In this document: positions 18,108 to 25,590 of the stretch, in pieces | How the letters are laid out: the number at the start of each line of letters is the position of its first letter | How positions within the stretch are numbered: the first letter of the stretch is position 1 | Assembly: GCA_030019325.1 (NCBI GenBank) | Contig: JASEFB010000001.1 | Coordinates: 1-41,770 of the forward strand | DNA length: 41,770 nucleotides | Direction: 5' to 3' | Source of the DNA: an archaeon | GTDB taxonomy: Archaea > Halobacteriota > Syntropharchaeia > Alkanophagales > Methanospirareceae | Made by a program: the position numbers and the translations under genes | The notes under the pieces: generated by a model | Database searches by the model: none | What the model saw: only the letters and a program-made list of their open reading frames with translations | Told to the model about the DNA's origin: nothing

Positions 18108-18486
18108 TATAGTGCTTGAGCTATTATTAGAACGGGAGAAGGCAGAAAGTGTCCGTGACTTTTTTCAACGGATTCCAGCTTCTAAAATATTTGTAAGCGA
18201 CTTTTCTTTACATTCCATTGGAATTTTTCTATTGAAAATCGAAATGCCTGAGGTTCTAAGGGGATGTATTGAAGATCTCATCATTTTTGGAGGTGTTCAA
18301 GTTTCGAGTCTTAACTCACGGGAAATAATAGATGTCGTGGAGATTGCCAATCGTTTTCACCTTGACTTTGATGATGCTTATCAATATACAGTAGCAGAAA
18401 AGCATGATTTGCAAATAGTAAGTTTCGACACCGATTTTGACCGAACAGAGCGAGGTAGAAAGACACCTGATGAGGTTGTTCAATGA
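18088..18486 (+). CDS. vapC: PIN-domain toxin (VapC)
   Basis: MNLIDTNIVLELL (Asp), DFDDAYQYTVA and IVSFDTDFD give the PIN acidic residues. The likely start is the third Met of the track ORF. Confidence 0.8.
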   Translation: MNLIDTNIVLELLLEREKAESVRDFFQRIPASKIFVSDFSLHSIGIFLLKIEMPEVLRGCIEDLIIFGGVQVSSLNSREIIDVVEIANRFHLDFDDAYQYTVAEKHDLQIVSFDTDFDRTERGRKTPDEVVQ

Positions 18487-18818
18487 AGCGATTCATCGAA
18501 GTGAGCTTCCCGGTAAAAGAAGTGAGCGAGGAATCCGCACGCGAGAAGAACATCCGGCACGGCCATATCTCCACGCTCCATATCTGGTGGGCTCGCCGAC
18601 CGGTAGCGTCTTCGCGTGCTACTACGTATGCTGCATTAATCCCTGCTCCCGATCCTGACGACGCTGAGGAATGGGATAAGAAGCGGAAGGACATCATCGA
18701 GCTCTCGAAATGGGAGAACTCTCTAAATCCCACGCTTACCGAAAAAGTAGGGCAAGACATACCGCATTGTTACGGAAAAGGAAACGGAAGTTTACAAGGA
18801 AGCAGAACAGTACCTTGA
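18483..18818 (+). pseudogene. N-terminal ~95 codons of a DUF1156 anti-phage DNA methylase; the rest is missing
   Basis: MKRFIEVSFPVKEVSEESAREKNIRHGHISTLHIWWARRPVASSRA is the conserved DUF1156 N-terminus. Full-length proteins of this family are several hundred residues longer. The start overlaps the vapC stop (ATGA). Confidence 0.65.
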
Positions 18819-18965
18819 AGAGAAGAGCAAAACTTGTAGAGGAATGGGGCTTGAACCTGTGCCGGATGGACCTATGCCAGAAGGAAAAAGAACCTAGAGC
18901 AGAAAAGCCTTCGCAGCCAGTACATTGAGAGATCAAAATGACCATGAAGAGTGAGAGGAGAAAGA

Positions 18966-19259
18966 ATGAAGAATCTGGCAGATATAATGAAAACGCTCGC
19001 AGCGCATAAAGAGGAATTACAGCAGAGATACAAGGTCAAAGAGATCGATATCTTTGGCTCTGTGGTAAGAGGTGAGCAGAAGGGAACAAGCGATGTAGAT
19101 ATACTGGTGGAATTTGAAAACCCAATTGGATTTTTCACGTTTTTAGAACTTGAAGAATATTTAAGCAATTTACTGGGGCTTAAGGTTGATCTTGTCCCAA
19201 AAAAGGCTTTGAAACCGAATATAGGGAGGTATATATTGCAGGAGGTAATACCGATATGA
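18966..19259 (+). CDS. mntA: MntA nucleotidyltransferase, second near-identical copy
   Basis: It differs from 16753-17076 at only a few residues (e.g. IGIFG/IDIFG, EFEKP/EFENP). The ATG at 18966 is preceded by GAGAGGAG. Confidence 0.8.
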   Translation: MKNLADIMKTLAAHKEELQQRYKVKEIDIFGSVVRGEQKGTSDVDILVEFENPIGFFTFLELEEYLSNLLGLKVDLVPKKALKPNIGRYILQEVIPI

Positions 19260-19294
19260 AAAGGGACTTCAAAGAAATAGAGGGGAAGGAATGA
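19256..19294 (+). pseudogene. hepT: HepT relic: in-frame deletion leaving a 12-codon mini-ORF (MKRDFKEIEGKE)
   Basis: The first 19 nt and the last ~24 nt are identical to the ends of 17073-17423. The 312 nt between them are absent (351 vs 39 nt), with the junction in an AAAG(A/G) microhomology. Confidence 0.85.
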
Positions 19295-19332
19295 AGAGCT
19301 TGGAAGAGATAAAGAAGCACTTGAAGTACCGA

Positions 19333-19372
19333 ATCGTCAGATTATCGTCAGATTTGCGTCCAGATCGACGCA
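19333..19372. repeat. Two tandem 11-mers (ATCGTCAGATT) followed by the palindrome TGCGTC-CAGATC-GACGCA
   Basis: Read directly. The same 11-mer array recurs at 21519-21548. Confidence 0.8.
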
Positions 19373-19439
19373 TGATATATTTGTCATTGATAAACTCATC
19401 TTAACAAATGAATAGAATAGAAAGCGAGGCGTGTATAAA

Positions 19440-19865
19440 ATGCTGTCCAAGGAAGTAGTGGAGAAGATCAAGGAAGAGTTAACGGCATTTGTCGGCGCTG
19501 AGCTTGCGAGCATTGTCCTTTATGGCTCATATGCCGAGGGAAGAGAATCGAAATATTCCGATATCGATATCTTAGTTGTAGTGAGGCGGCATTTTAAAGA
19601 TTGGCGTGCTCGCAGAGAGGGTGAAATAGCGCTGAGAAAAATTTTATATCGTTCTGTCGGTCAGGTCTCACCACGAATTATAGGAGCCGACGTGATTCTC
19701 ACGACCCTGAAAAACTTCAACCCGCTGTTACTGAATATCCTCAAGCACGGTATCCCACTGCTCGATGACGGCACGTTTGCAAAGGTTAAAGAAGAATTCC
19801 AACGCATGGTAGAGGCGAAGATAATAGAACCGAGAGAAGATTATTGGATGGTCGCTATTACATGA
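19440..19865 (+). CDS. Nucleotidyltransferase-domain protein (antitoxin of an NTase/HEPN pair)
   Basis: IVLYGSYAEGRESKYSDIDILVVV is the Pol-beta NTase motif. The stop overlaps the HEPN start (ATGA at 19862). Confidence 0.8.
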   Translation: MLSKEVVEKIKEELTAFVGAELASIVLYGSYAEGRESKYSDIDILVVVRRHFKDWRARREGEIALRKILYRSVGQVSPRIIGADVILTTLKNFNPLLLNILKHGIPLLDDGTFAKVKEEFQRMVEAKIIEPREDYWMVAIT

Positions 19866-20317
19866 ACAATCGCAGTAAAGTCTTCGAGATTGCAGAAGCG
19901 TATCTTTTGGAAGCCTTTACTGACTATGATGCAGTACCCATACTCATCGCGCATGAAAAATATAATCTCGCTGTATATCACGCGCAACAGGCGGTTGAAA
20001 AACTGCTTAAAGCGTGCTTAGCCGCCGAGGGTGCTATTGGCATATACAAACATGAAGTGTTTCGCCATTTCAAAGAGGTGTTCAGTACCAAAATCGATGC
20101 ACAAACGATGAATAGCATAGAAGAGAATGTGATTGAACTCGAAGAAGAATGGGCGCTGTCACGTTATCCCGACTGGGAAGTTGAACCTATATGGATCCCG
20201 TCCAGGGGTTATACTAAGCAGAACGCAGAAGAGAGGAGGAACAACATGAACATTGTCTTCGAGATCCTTACGAAATTTTTGAGAGATAACTACAAGTTGA
20301 AAAAAAAGAAGGAGTAA
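19862..20317 (+). CDS. HEPN-domain protein
   Basis: AVYHAQQAVEKLLKACLAAEG and WALSRYPD are typical of the PF05168 HEPN family. It is the partner of the upstream NTase. Confidence 0.8.
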   Translation: MNNRSKVFEIAEAYLLEAFTDYDAVPILIAHEKYNLAVYHAQQAVEKLLKACLAAEGAIGIYKHEVFRHFKEVFSTKIDAQTMNSIEENVIELEEEWALSRYPDWEVEPIWIPSRGYTKQNAEERRNNMNIVFEILTKFLRDNYKLKKKKE

Positions 20318-20321
20318 GCAC

Positions 20322-20471
20322 ATGCCAACCCATGATATAATTGATAATCGGGAAGGAATCCTGTTAGACCACGTAAAAGGCCTGCTCAGAGTCTCAGAAA
20401 GTGCGAAGTTCGCCGTCGGCTATCCCTTTACCTGCGGATTAAAAACTATTGAGAAGGCGAGGAGCGTGTAA
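20322..20471 (+). pseudogene. 5' stub (49 codons) of a PLD-SNF2 helicase gene, copy 1
   Basis: MPTHDIIDNREGILLDHVKGLLRVSESAKFAVGYPFTCGL... aligns with the start of 23234-24574. Its stop TAA is 1 nt before the Fic ATG. Confidence 0.8.
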
Positions 20472-20472
20472 C

Positions 20473-21510
20473 ATGTATCGTCCAAACTTTACCATCACGA
20501 AGAAAATCCTCAATCACATAGCAGAGATTTCTGCCTCTCGTGAGGTCATACTTAACGCACCGCTGCTCCCTAAATGGGAAGCCAAATTGAGAAAAGAAGC
20601 GATTCTAAAGATGGCGCACCATTCCACGAGTATCGAAGGGAACAGACTCACAATGGACGAGGTTAATAGGCTGCTCCGGGGCGAAGATATAGCGGCATGG
20701 GAGAAGGACAAAAAAGAAGTTCTGGGATACGTGAAGGTTCTGGAATACATAGACAAGCTGGGAGAAGAAGGTGTTGCCTCGATTACTGAAGATATAATCC
20801 TCGAAATACACCGGCTTAATACCCAAGGGATTCTCCCTGATTCTGAAGCCGGGCACTATCGGAACGTGGAGGTTGCTGTGGTTAACGGTCTGGGAAGAGT
20901 TACGTTTCAACCCCCGGAAGCAGCGCAAGTTCCTTCATTAATGAATGGCTTTATTGCATGGCTAAACGGTAAGGAAGCAAAAGAATCATATCCCGCTTTA
21001 GTAAGCGGGATTGCGCACTACGAATTCGTTAGGATACATCCCTTTGTAGATGGCAACGGAAGAACTACACGGGCACTGGCAACCTTAATCCTCTATCTGA
21101 GGGGTTTTGACACGAAACGCTTTTTTGCCTTGGACGATTATTATAACGAAGAACGCAGCAGATATTACGCAGCTCTGCAAACCGTTGACCCACTAACAAT
21201 AAATCTCACACAATGGCTGGGGTACTTTACAGAAGGCGTCGCAGTAAGTATGGGCAGGGTTAAACAAGCCATCTTAGACCTGAGTGTGGATCGGCGCCTC
21301 AAAGAGCAACGAGGACAAATATACCTGAACGATAGACAGATGAAGATTCTCAAATATCTTCAGACCAATCCAAGAATTACCATCAGTGAGATACAAAAAA
21401 TGTTCGATATTAGTAGAGACACAGCAAACCGTGATCTCAAACCACTCTTAGAAAATACCTTAGTGAAAAGGAGGGGAAAAGGGAGGGCGATATACTATGA
21501 ACTGGCTTAA
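20473..21510 (+). CDS. Fic/DOC-family protein with a C-terminal winged helix
   Basis: HPFVDGNGRTTRAL (21037-21072 plus the next two codons) is the Fic motif HxFx(D/E)GNGRxxR. The C-terminus ...ISEIQKMFDISRDTANRDLKPLLENTLVKRRGKGRAIYYELA is a wHTH. The ATG at 20473 is preferred over the TTG at 20449. Confidence 0.85.
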   Translation: MYRPNFTITKKILNHIAEISASREVILNAPLLPKWEAKLRKEAILKMAHHSTSIEGNRLTMDEVNRLLRGEDIAAWEKDKKEVLGYVKVLEYIDKLGEEGVASITEDIILEIHRLNTQGILPDSEAGHYRNVEVAVVNGLGRVTFQPPEAAQVPSLMNGFIAWLNGKEAKESYPALVSGIAHYEFVRIHPFVDGNGRTTRALATLILYLRGFDTKRFFALDDYYNEERSRYYAALQTVDPLTINLTQWLGYFTEGVAVSMGRVKQAILDLSVDRRLKEQRGQIYLNDRQMKILKYLQTNPRITISEIQKMFDISRDTANRDLKPLLENTLVKRRGKGRAIYYELA

Positions 21511-21518
21511 AATAAGAA

Positions 21519-21548
21519 ATCGTCAGATTATCGTCAGATTATCGTCAG
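21519..21548. repeat. 2.7 tandem copies of the 11-mer ATCGTCAGATT, starting 8 nt after the Fic stop
   Basis: Read directly. It is followed by AATGACAAA, the inverse of TTTGTCATT at ~19377. Confidence 0.8.
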
Positions 21549-21560
21549 GTGAATGACAAA

Positions 21561-21725
21561 ATGCCAATACATGACATCATAGATAACCAGAAAAGCATCC
21601 TGTTGGATCACGTAAAAAGTTTGTTAAGAGACTCGGATAGTGCGAAGTTCGCCGTTGGCTATTTCTTTACCAGTGGCCTGGCACCTATTGACAAGGTGAG
21701 GAGTACAAAAAAGAGGAATACTTGA
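21561..21725 (+). pseudogene. 5' stub (54 codons) of a PLD-SNF2 helicase gene, copy 2
   Basis: MPIHDIIDNQKSILLDHVKSLLRDSDSAKFAVGYFFTSGLAPIDKV... aligns with the start of 23234-24574. Its stop is 13 nt before the next ATG. Confidence 0.8.
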
Positions 21726-21738
21726 GGGATTAACTAAC

Positions 21739-23079
21739 ATGCCACTACCAAAGGAATCCCACACAACAGAGCTGAAAAAGTCATTAGCGCAGTTAGACGA
21801 TTCTTTGAAGTCCGTCTGCGCCTTTCTCAACCATAAAGGCGGGACCGTTTATTTCGGCGTGGCCAATGACGGCGAGATTCGTGGTCTGGATGTCTCGGAC
21901 AGAACATTGAGGAAAATATCGCAGCAGATTCATGCAAGGATAAAGCCTGAAATCACTCCTGAACTAAGAGAAATAAAGGAAAAGGGCAAATCAATAATAG
22001 AACTGAAAATCTCGGAAGGCAATAACAAGCCTTACTTCCTTAATGGCGTGGCCTACAAGCGAATAGGAACCGAAAACAGGATTATTCCACCGGATGAATT
22101 GAGGCGAATTATTCTGGAGCAGCGACAAACGAAATGGGATGAGGAGACCTGTGAAGGCGCGACACTAACGGATATTGACGCGGAGAAAGTACAATGGTTC
22201 TTAAGAAAAGCCACGTTTGAACGACGGCTGGAAATAGACCCAGCAATATCAGTAAAAGAAGCGTTGGAACGGATTGGCCTGCTGAAGGAGAATAAACTCA
22301 CCAATGCCGCTATTTTGTTATTCGGTAAAAAGCCGCAACGGTTCTTCATGCAGTCAGAGGTCAGATGTGCCAGATTTAAAGGCACAGAGCCTCTGGAGTT
22401 CATTGATATGAAAGTCTTTGCAGGAACTGTTATTGACCAGCGGGAAGATGCAGTGGAATTCGTCAAAGAGCATATTAAATTGCATGCCAAGATCATTGAA
22501 ACTGAAAGAGTTGAGAGATGGGAATATCCCCTTGAAGCACTACGAGAAGCACTTACCAATGCGCTCTGTCATAGAGATTATGAACTATCAAGCAATGTTC
22601 AAGTTAGAATATTCGATGACAGAATTGAGGTCTGGGGATGCGGGCCGCTACCACAACCATTAACCGTAGAAGATTTAAGAACGAAACACGATTCTATTTT
22701 AAGAAATCCTCTAATCGGAGAATGCTTCTTTTTGATTAAATTTATTGAGCAATGGGGAACTGGTACGAATCGTATTATCCGTGAATGTTTGAACTATGAC
22801 TTGCCAGAACCTCTGTTCGAAGAAGCTGCTGGCAATCTCGTTGTCACCTTTCGGAAGAGTAAATTTACAGAAGAATATCTCAAACAACTCAGTTTAAATG
22901 AGCGGCAGATGAACGCCCTCAACCACCTTAAAGCGAATGAAAAGATCACGAGGAAAGAATACTCGTCTCTGTTTAATTGCTCAACGCGAACGGCGTTCAA
23001 TGATCTTCAGGAGATGATGGATAAAAGGATAGTAAAAAGGAAAGGAAAGGGGAAATATACCTATTATGAGATGGCTTAG
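21739..23079 (+). CDS. AlbA_2 (Schlafen-type) plus HATPase_c_4 (RecG-C-like) domain protein with a C-terminal wHTH
   Basis: ESHTTELKKSL...FLNHKGGTVYFGVANDGEIRGL is the AlbA_2/AAA_4 N-terminus. EALREALTNALCHRDY...IRIFDDRIEVWGCG is the HATPase_c_4 block. The C-terminal KGKGKYTYYEMA wHTH resembles the Fic tail. Confidence 0.8.
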   Translation: MPLPKESHTTELKKSLAQLDDSLKSVCAFLNHKGGTVYFGVANDGEIRGLDVSDRTLRKISQQIHARIKPEITPELREIKEKGKSIIELKISEGNNKPYFLNGVAYKRIGTENRIIPPDELRRIILEQRQTKWDEETCEGATLTDIDAEKVQWFLRKATFERRLEIDPAISVKEALERIGLLKENKLTNAAILLFGKKPQRFFMQSEVRCARFKGTEPLEFIDMKVFAGTVIDQREDAVEFVKEHIKLHAKIIETERVERWEYPLEALREALTNALCHRDYELSSNVQVRIFDDRIEVWGCGPLPQPLTVEDLRTKHDSILRNPLIGECFFLIKFIEQWGTGTNRIIRECLNYDLPEPLFEEAAGNLVVTFRKSKFTEEYLKQLSLNERQMNALNHLKANEKITRKEYSSLFNCSTRTAFNDLQEMMDKRIVKRKGKGKYTYYEMA

Positions 23080-23086
23080 CGTGCAA

Positions 23087-23118
23087 CTACCGTGCACCTA
23101 CCGTGCAATATTTGCACG
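23087..23118. repeat. Two 11-bp-period units (CTACCGTGCA) merging into the palindrome CGTGCAA-TAT-TTGCACG
   Basis: Read directly. It begins 8 nt after the stop of 21739-23079. Confidence 0.75.
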
Positions 23119-23178
23119 CATGCACGTGCTGAAGGTGTAAAAATGCCCATACCAAAGGAGAGAGGTGGTCGCAACCAC

Positions 23179-23247
23179 ATGAATAACCGTAGCAAAGAGA
23201 ACTGCAAGGTGGAGAAGAAGGAGGACTGCTCGAATGTCAACCCATGA
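23179..23247 (+). pseudogene. HEPN relic: mini-ORF retaining only the first 6 and last ~10 codons of a 19862-20317-type gene
   Basis: ATGAATAACCGTAGCAAAG matches the start of the HEPN gene (ATGAACAATCGCAGTAAAG). AGAACTGCAAGGTGGAGAAGAAGGAGGA matches its 3' end (ATAACTACAAGTTGAAAAAAAAGAAGGAGTA). Just upstream, 23143-23165 mimics the start of the AlbA_2 gene (ATGCCCATACCAAAGGAG). Confidence 0.6.
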
Positions 23248-24574
23248 TATAATAGATAACCGTGAAGAAGTCCTGTTAGAGCACGTAAGAAGCTTGCTCC
23301 ACGATTCTGTTAGTGCGAAGTTTGCCGTCGGCTATTTCTTCACCAGCGGGTTAGCACCGCTCATGGACGAAGTACAAAACCTGAATGAACTCAAGATTCT
23401 CATCGGCAATATCTCCAGCAAGAGAACGATCGAGCAGTTAGCAGAAGCGCACATGAATTTAGTCACCGCAAAGCAGGAATTTAACAAGCAATTATTCCTG
23501 AACCCCTCGAAACGAAAACTCGCAGTATCAGAAACGAAAGAGGGAATAAAAACCAGCTTGAGTTTAATTGACCAGACCGACGACAATGAGCAGATGATTC
23601 GAGTACTAAGAGAGCTGATCGAAAAGAACAAAATTAAAATCAGGATTTACACCTCGGGCAGATTGCATTCCAAAGCGTATATCTTCGATTACCCCGAAGG
23701 GCATCATGACAAAGGCAATGCTATAATTGGGTCCAGCAATTTGAGTTTAGGCGGCTTATTAGACAACACCGAATTAAACGCGCTCATTCCTGGTATCGGT
23801 AATCACGAAAAATTAACCGAGTGGTTCAATAGTTTATGGGATTCGAAAAACTCTGCAGAGTTCAATGCTGAATTGATGGAGGAGCTAAAGAACTCGTGGG
23901 CATTAAACGAAGTCCGACCGTATGATGTTTATATCAAAACACTTTATCATCTTTTGAAGGATCGATTAGAGATCGAAGCTGCGGAAGAATTGTTGTGGGA
24001 AGCAACAATGCCCCCGTTAACCACGTTTCAAATCGTAGCGGTGAAACAAGCACTTCAAATACTGAATGATTACGGTGGTGTCTTCGTCGCTGATGTTGTT
24101 GGAACCGGCAAGACATACATCGGAACTGCTCTTTTGAAACACTTACAGATGGTTCACGGGGACAGACCGCTCATAATATGCCCAAAATCATTAGAAGATA
24201 CCTGGAAGGACTTTTGTAGAGAGTACGAAATACAAACAGAATTCCTGACCTTTGGAAAGATAAGCCAAGGAACCATTGATTTGATCAATGACCCGATATA
24301 TCGAAATTTAAACACCGTGTTAATTGATGAAAGTCACAATTTCAGATACCCAAACACAAACCGATATAAGAATTTGCAGCCCTATCTCTACGGGAAAAAG
24401 ACTATTCTCATAACGGCAACGCCCAGAAACAATACCCACGAGGACATATATCATCAAATAAAATTATTCCATCACGACGAGGAAACAACAATTCCCATTG
24501 ACCCCTCGAATCTCAAACGATTTTTCAAGGAGGTTGAGAATGGAAATAAACGGATTCAAGAATTATTACGATAG
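23234..24574 (+). CDS. PLD-nuclease / SNF2-family helicase fusion, 3'-truncated (no helicase C-terminal domain)
   Basis: PLD motif HSKAYIFD...GSSNLS (23666-23740). Helicase motif I GTGKT (24101-24115), II DESH (24326-24337), III TATP. The ORF stops right after motif III (..IQELLR*) and no HELICc-like sequence follows. Probably non-functional. Confidence 0.75.
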   Translation: MSTHDIIDNREEVLLEHVRSLLHDSVSAKFAVGYFFTSGLAPLMDEVQNLNELKILIGNISSKRTIEQLAEAHMNLVTAKQEFNKQLFLNPSKRKLAVSETKEGIKTSLSLIDQTDDNEQMIRVLRELIEKNKIKIRIYTSGRLHSKAYIFDYPEGHHDKGNAIIGSSNLSLGGLLDNTELNALIPGIGNHEKLTEWFNSLWDSKNSAEFNAELMEELKNSWALNEVRPYDVYIKTLYHLLKDRLEIEAAEELLWEATMPPLTTFQIVAVKQALQILNDYGGVFVADVVGTGKTYIGTALLKHLQMVHGDRPLIICPKSLEDTWKDFCREYEIQTEFLTFGKISQGTIDLINDPIYRNLNTVLIDESHNFRYPNTNRYKNLQPYLYGKKTILITATPRNNTHEDIYHQIKLFHHDEETTIPIDPSNLKRFFKEVENGNKRIQELLR

Positions 24575-24620
24575 GGTGCATTACGCATTTCTTACAGGTT
24601 AGATATGAACGGGGAAAAAG

Positions 24621-24650
24621 TTTATATATGCCCTGTTACAATGTAACAAT
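24621..24650 (+). promoter_or_regulatory. TATA box (TTTATATA) plus a perfect palindromic operator GTTAC-AAT-GTAAC just before the RHH gene
   Basis: TTTATATA lies at 24621-24628, about 25-30 nt upstream of the ATG at 24653, which suggests a leaderless or short-leader mRNA. The palindrome at 24635-24647 lies between them. A second palindrome, GTTAC-ATC-GTAAC, is at 24895-24907. Confidence 0.5.
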
Positions 24651-24652
24651 CA

Positions 24653-24859
24653 ATGAAAAGGGATAAAGTAATACTAACAAGGGTTGATGAGTATATAGCA
24701 GAGCGCGTAGAATACATAACGAATAACTCAAAAGACATTGAACTGACAAAGTCCGAAGTCGTGCGAATAATATTGCATGCCTTTTTCAAATCGCAAAAGG
24801 GTAAGGACTTTGAGAAAGTGCGTGAATTAGCTATTAAAATGAGAAAGGGGCTCTTGTAG
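24653..24859 (+). CDS. Ribbon-helix-helix (CopG-like) DNA-binding protein
   Basis: 68 aa. KVILTRVDEYIAERVEYI...LTKSEVVRIILHAFF fits a beta-strand, helix, helix pattern. Confidence 0.65.
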   Translation: MKRDKVILTRVDEYIAERVEYITNNSKDIELTKSEVVRIILHAFFKSQKGKDFEKVRELAIKMRKGLL

Positions 24860-24963
24860 GGTGTCTCAAACAAAAGTGGGAGTTATCACAAGGCGTTACA
24901 TCGTAACAATGGATTAATGATACTGAAAACCACCTCGAATTTTAGAAATCATAGTTGTAAGAA

Positions 24964-25587
24964 TCAGGTAATGCACCCGTTTTCACTAATACTCCAAATA
25001 GGACTAGGATATTCACGGGAAATGCCAGAACAGCGATTATATGATGCAGTATTTCTTGAGATTGTATTGTGACTTGAACTGAACATAATGCCGTTGTAGT
25101 TATAATGACTATCATCATAACCACATCTGTTATCAACTATGGTAGAGTAATTTGCATCGCTCCCAAGGTGGACTCCTGCCTTAGAAATTCCAGTGCCACC
25201 AAAAATGGTGAGTCCTTTAATGACGGCATAATCCACAGTTACCTCAAACACATGGTCATTCGGATTTGCCGCCTGAACGGTTGTTACCTCAGCCCCGTTT
25301 TCTGATTGAATCGTTAAATATGGCTTATTTATATCCACATTTTCGGTATAGGTGCCATCCCTCACAATTATCGTATCCCCTGCAGAAGCATTATCCACCG
25401 CCCACTGGATCTTTGCGTAATCATCAGGCACGTAATAAGTATTTGAAGATAAAGGAACACCTGAAATAGAACCATTCTCAGAATCTTTATCAACTGCGAG
25501 AGAAGGTATTGCGCAGCTTATGAGCATCAGCAATGCACATGCAAGTGCTAATATCTTCAACTTTTTCTTAAAATAAAAGCTTCTCAT
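24964..25587 (-). CDS. Secreted right-handed beta-helix (NosD/PbH1-like) protein, probably 3'-truncated
   Basis: Signal peptide (KKLKILALACALLMLISCAIPSLA), then YYVPDDYAKIQWAVDNASAGDTIIVRDGTYTENV.. and NTISRNTAS repeats typical of NosD-like beta-helix proteins. At 207 aa it is short for the family. Confidence 0.65.
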   Translation of the reverse strand: MRSFYFKKKLKILALACALLMLISCAIPSLAVDKDSENGSISGVPLSSNTYYVPDDYAKIQWAVDNASAGDTIIVRDGTYTENVDINKPYLTIQSENGAEVTTVQAANPNDHVFEVTVDYAVIKGLTIFGGTGISKAGVHLGSDANYSTIVDNRCGYDDSHYNYNGIMFSSSHNTISRNTASYNRCSGISREYPSPIWSISENGCIT

Positions 25588-25590
25588 TGC

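Noticed and set aside
20449-20472. TTG-initiated extension of the Fic ORF (also 38939-39028 for the IS630 transposase, 4763-4774, 7343-7384, 18951-18965, 19431-19439 and 26945-26968)
   Set aside because: These are alternative-start artefacts of the ORF caller. In each case an ATG with a better context (coupling to the upstream stop, or an SD-like motif) lies just downstream.
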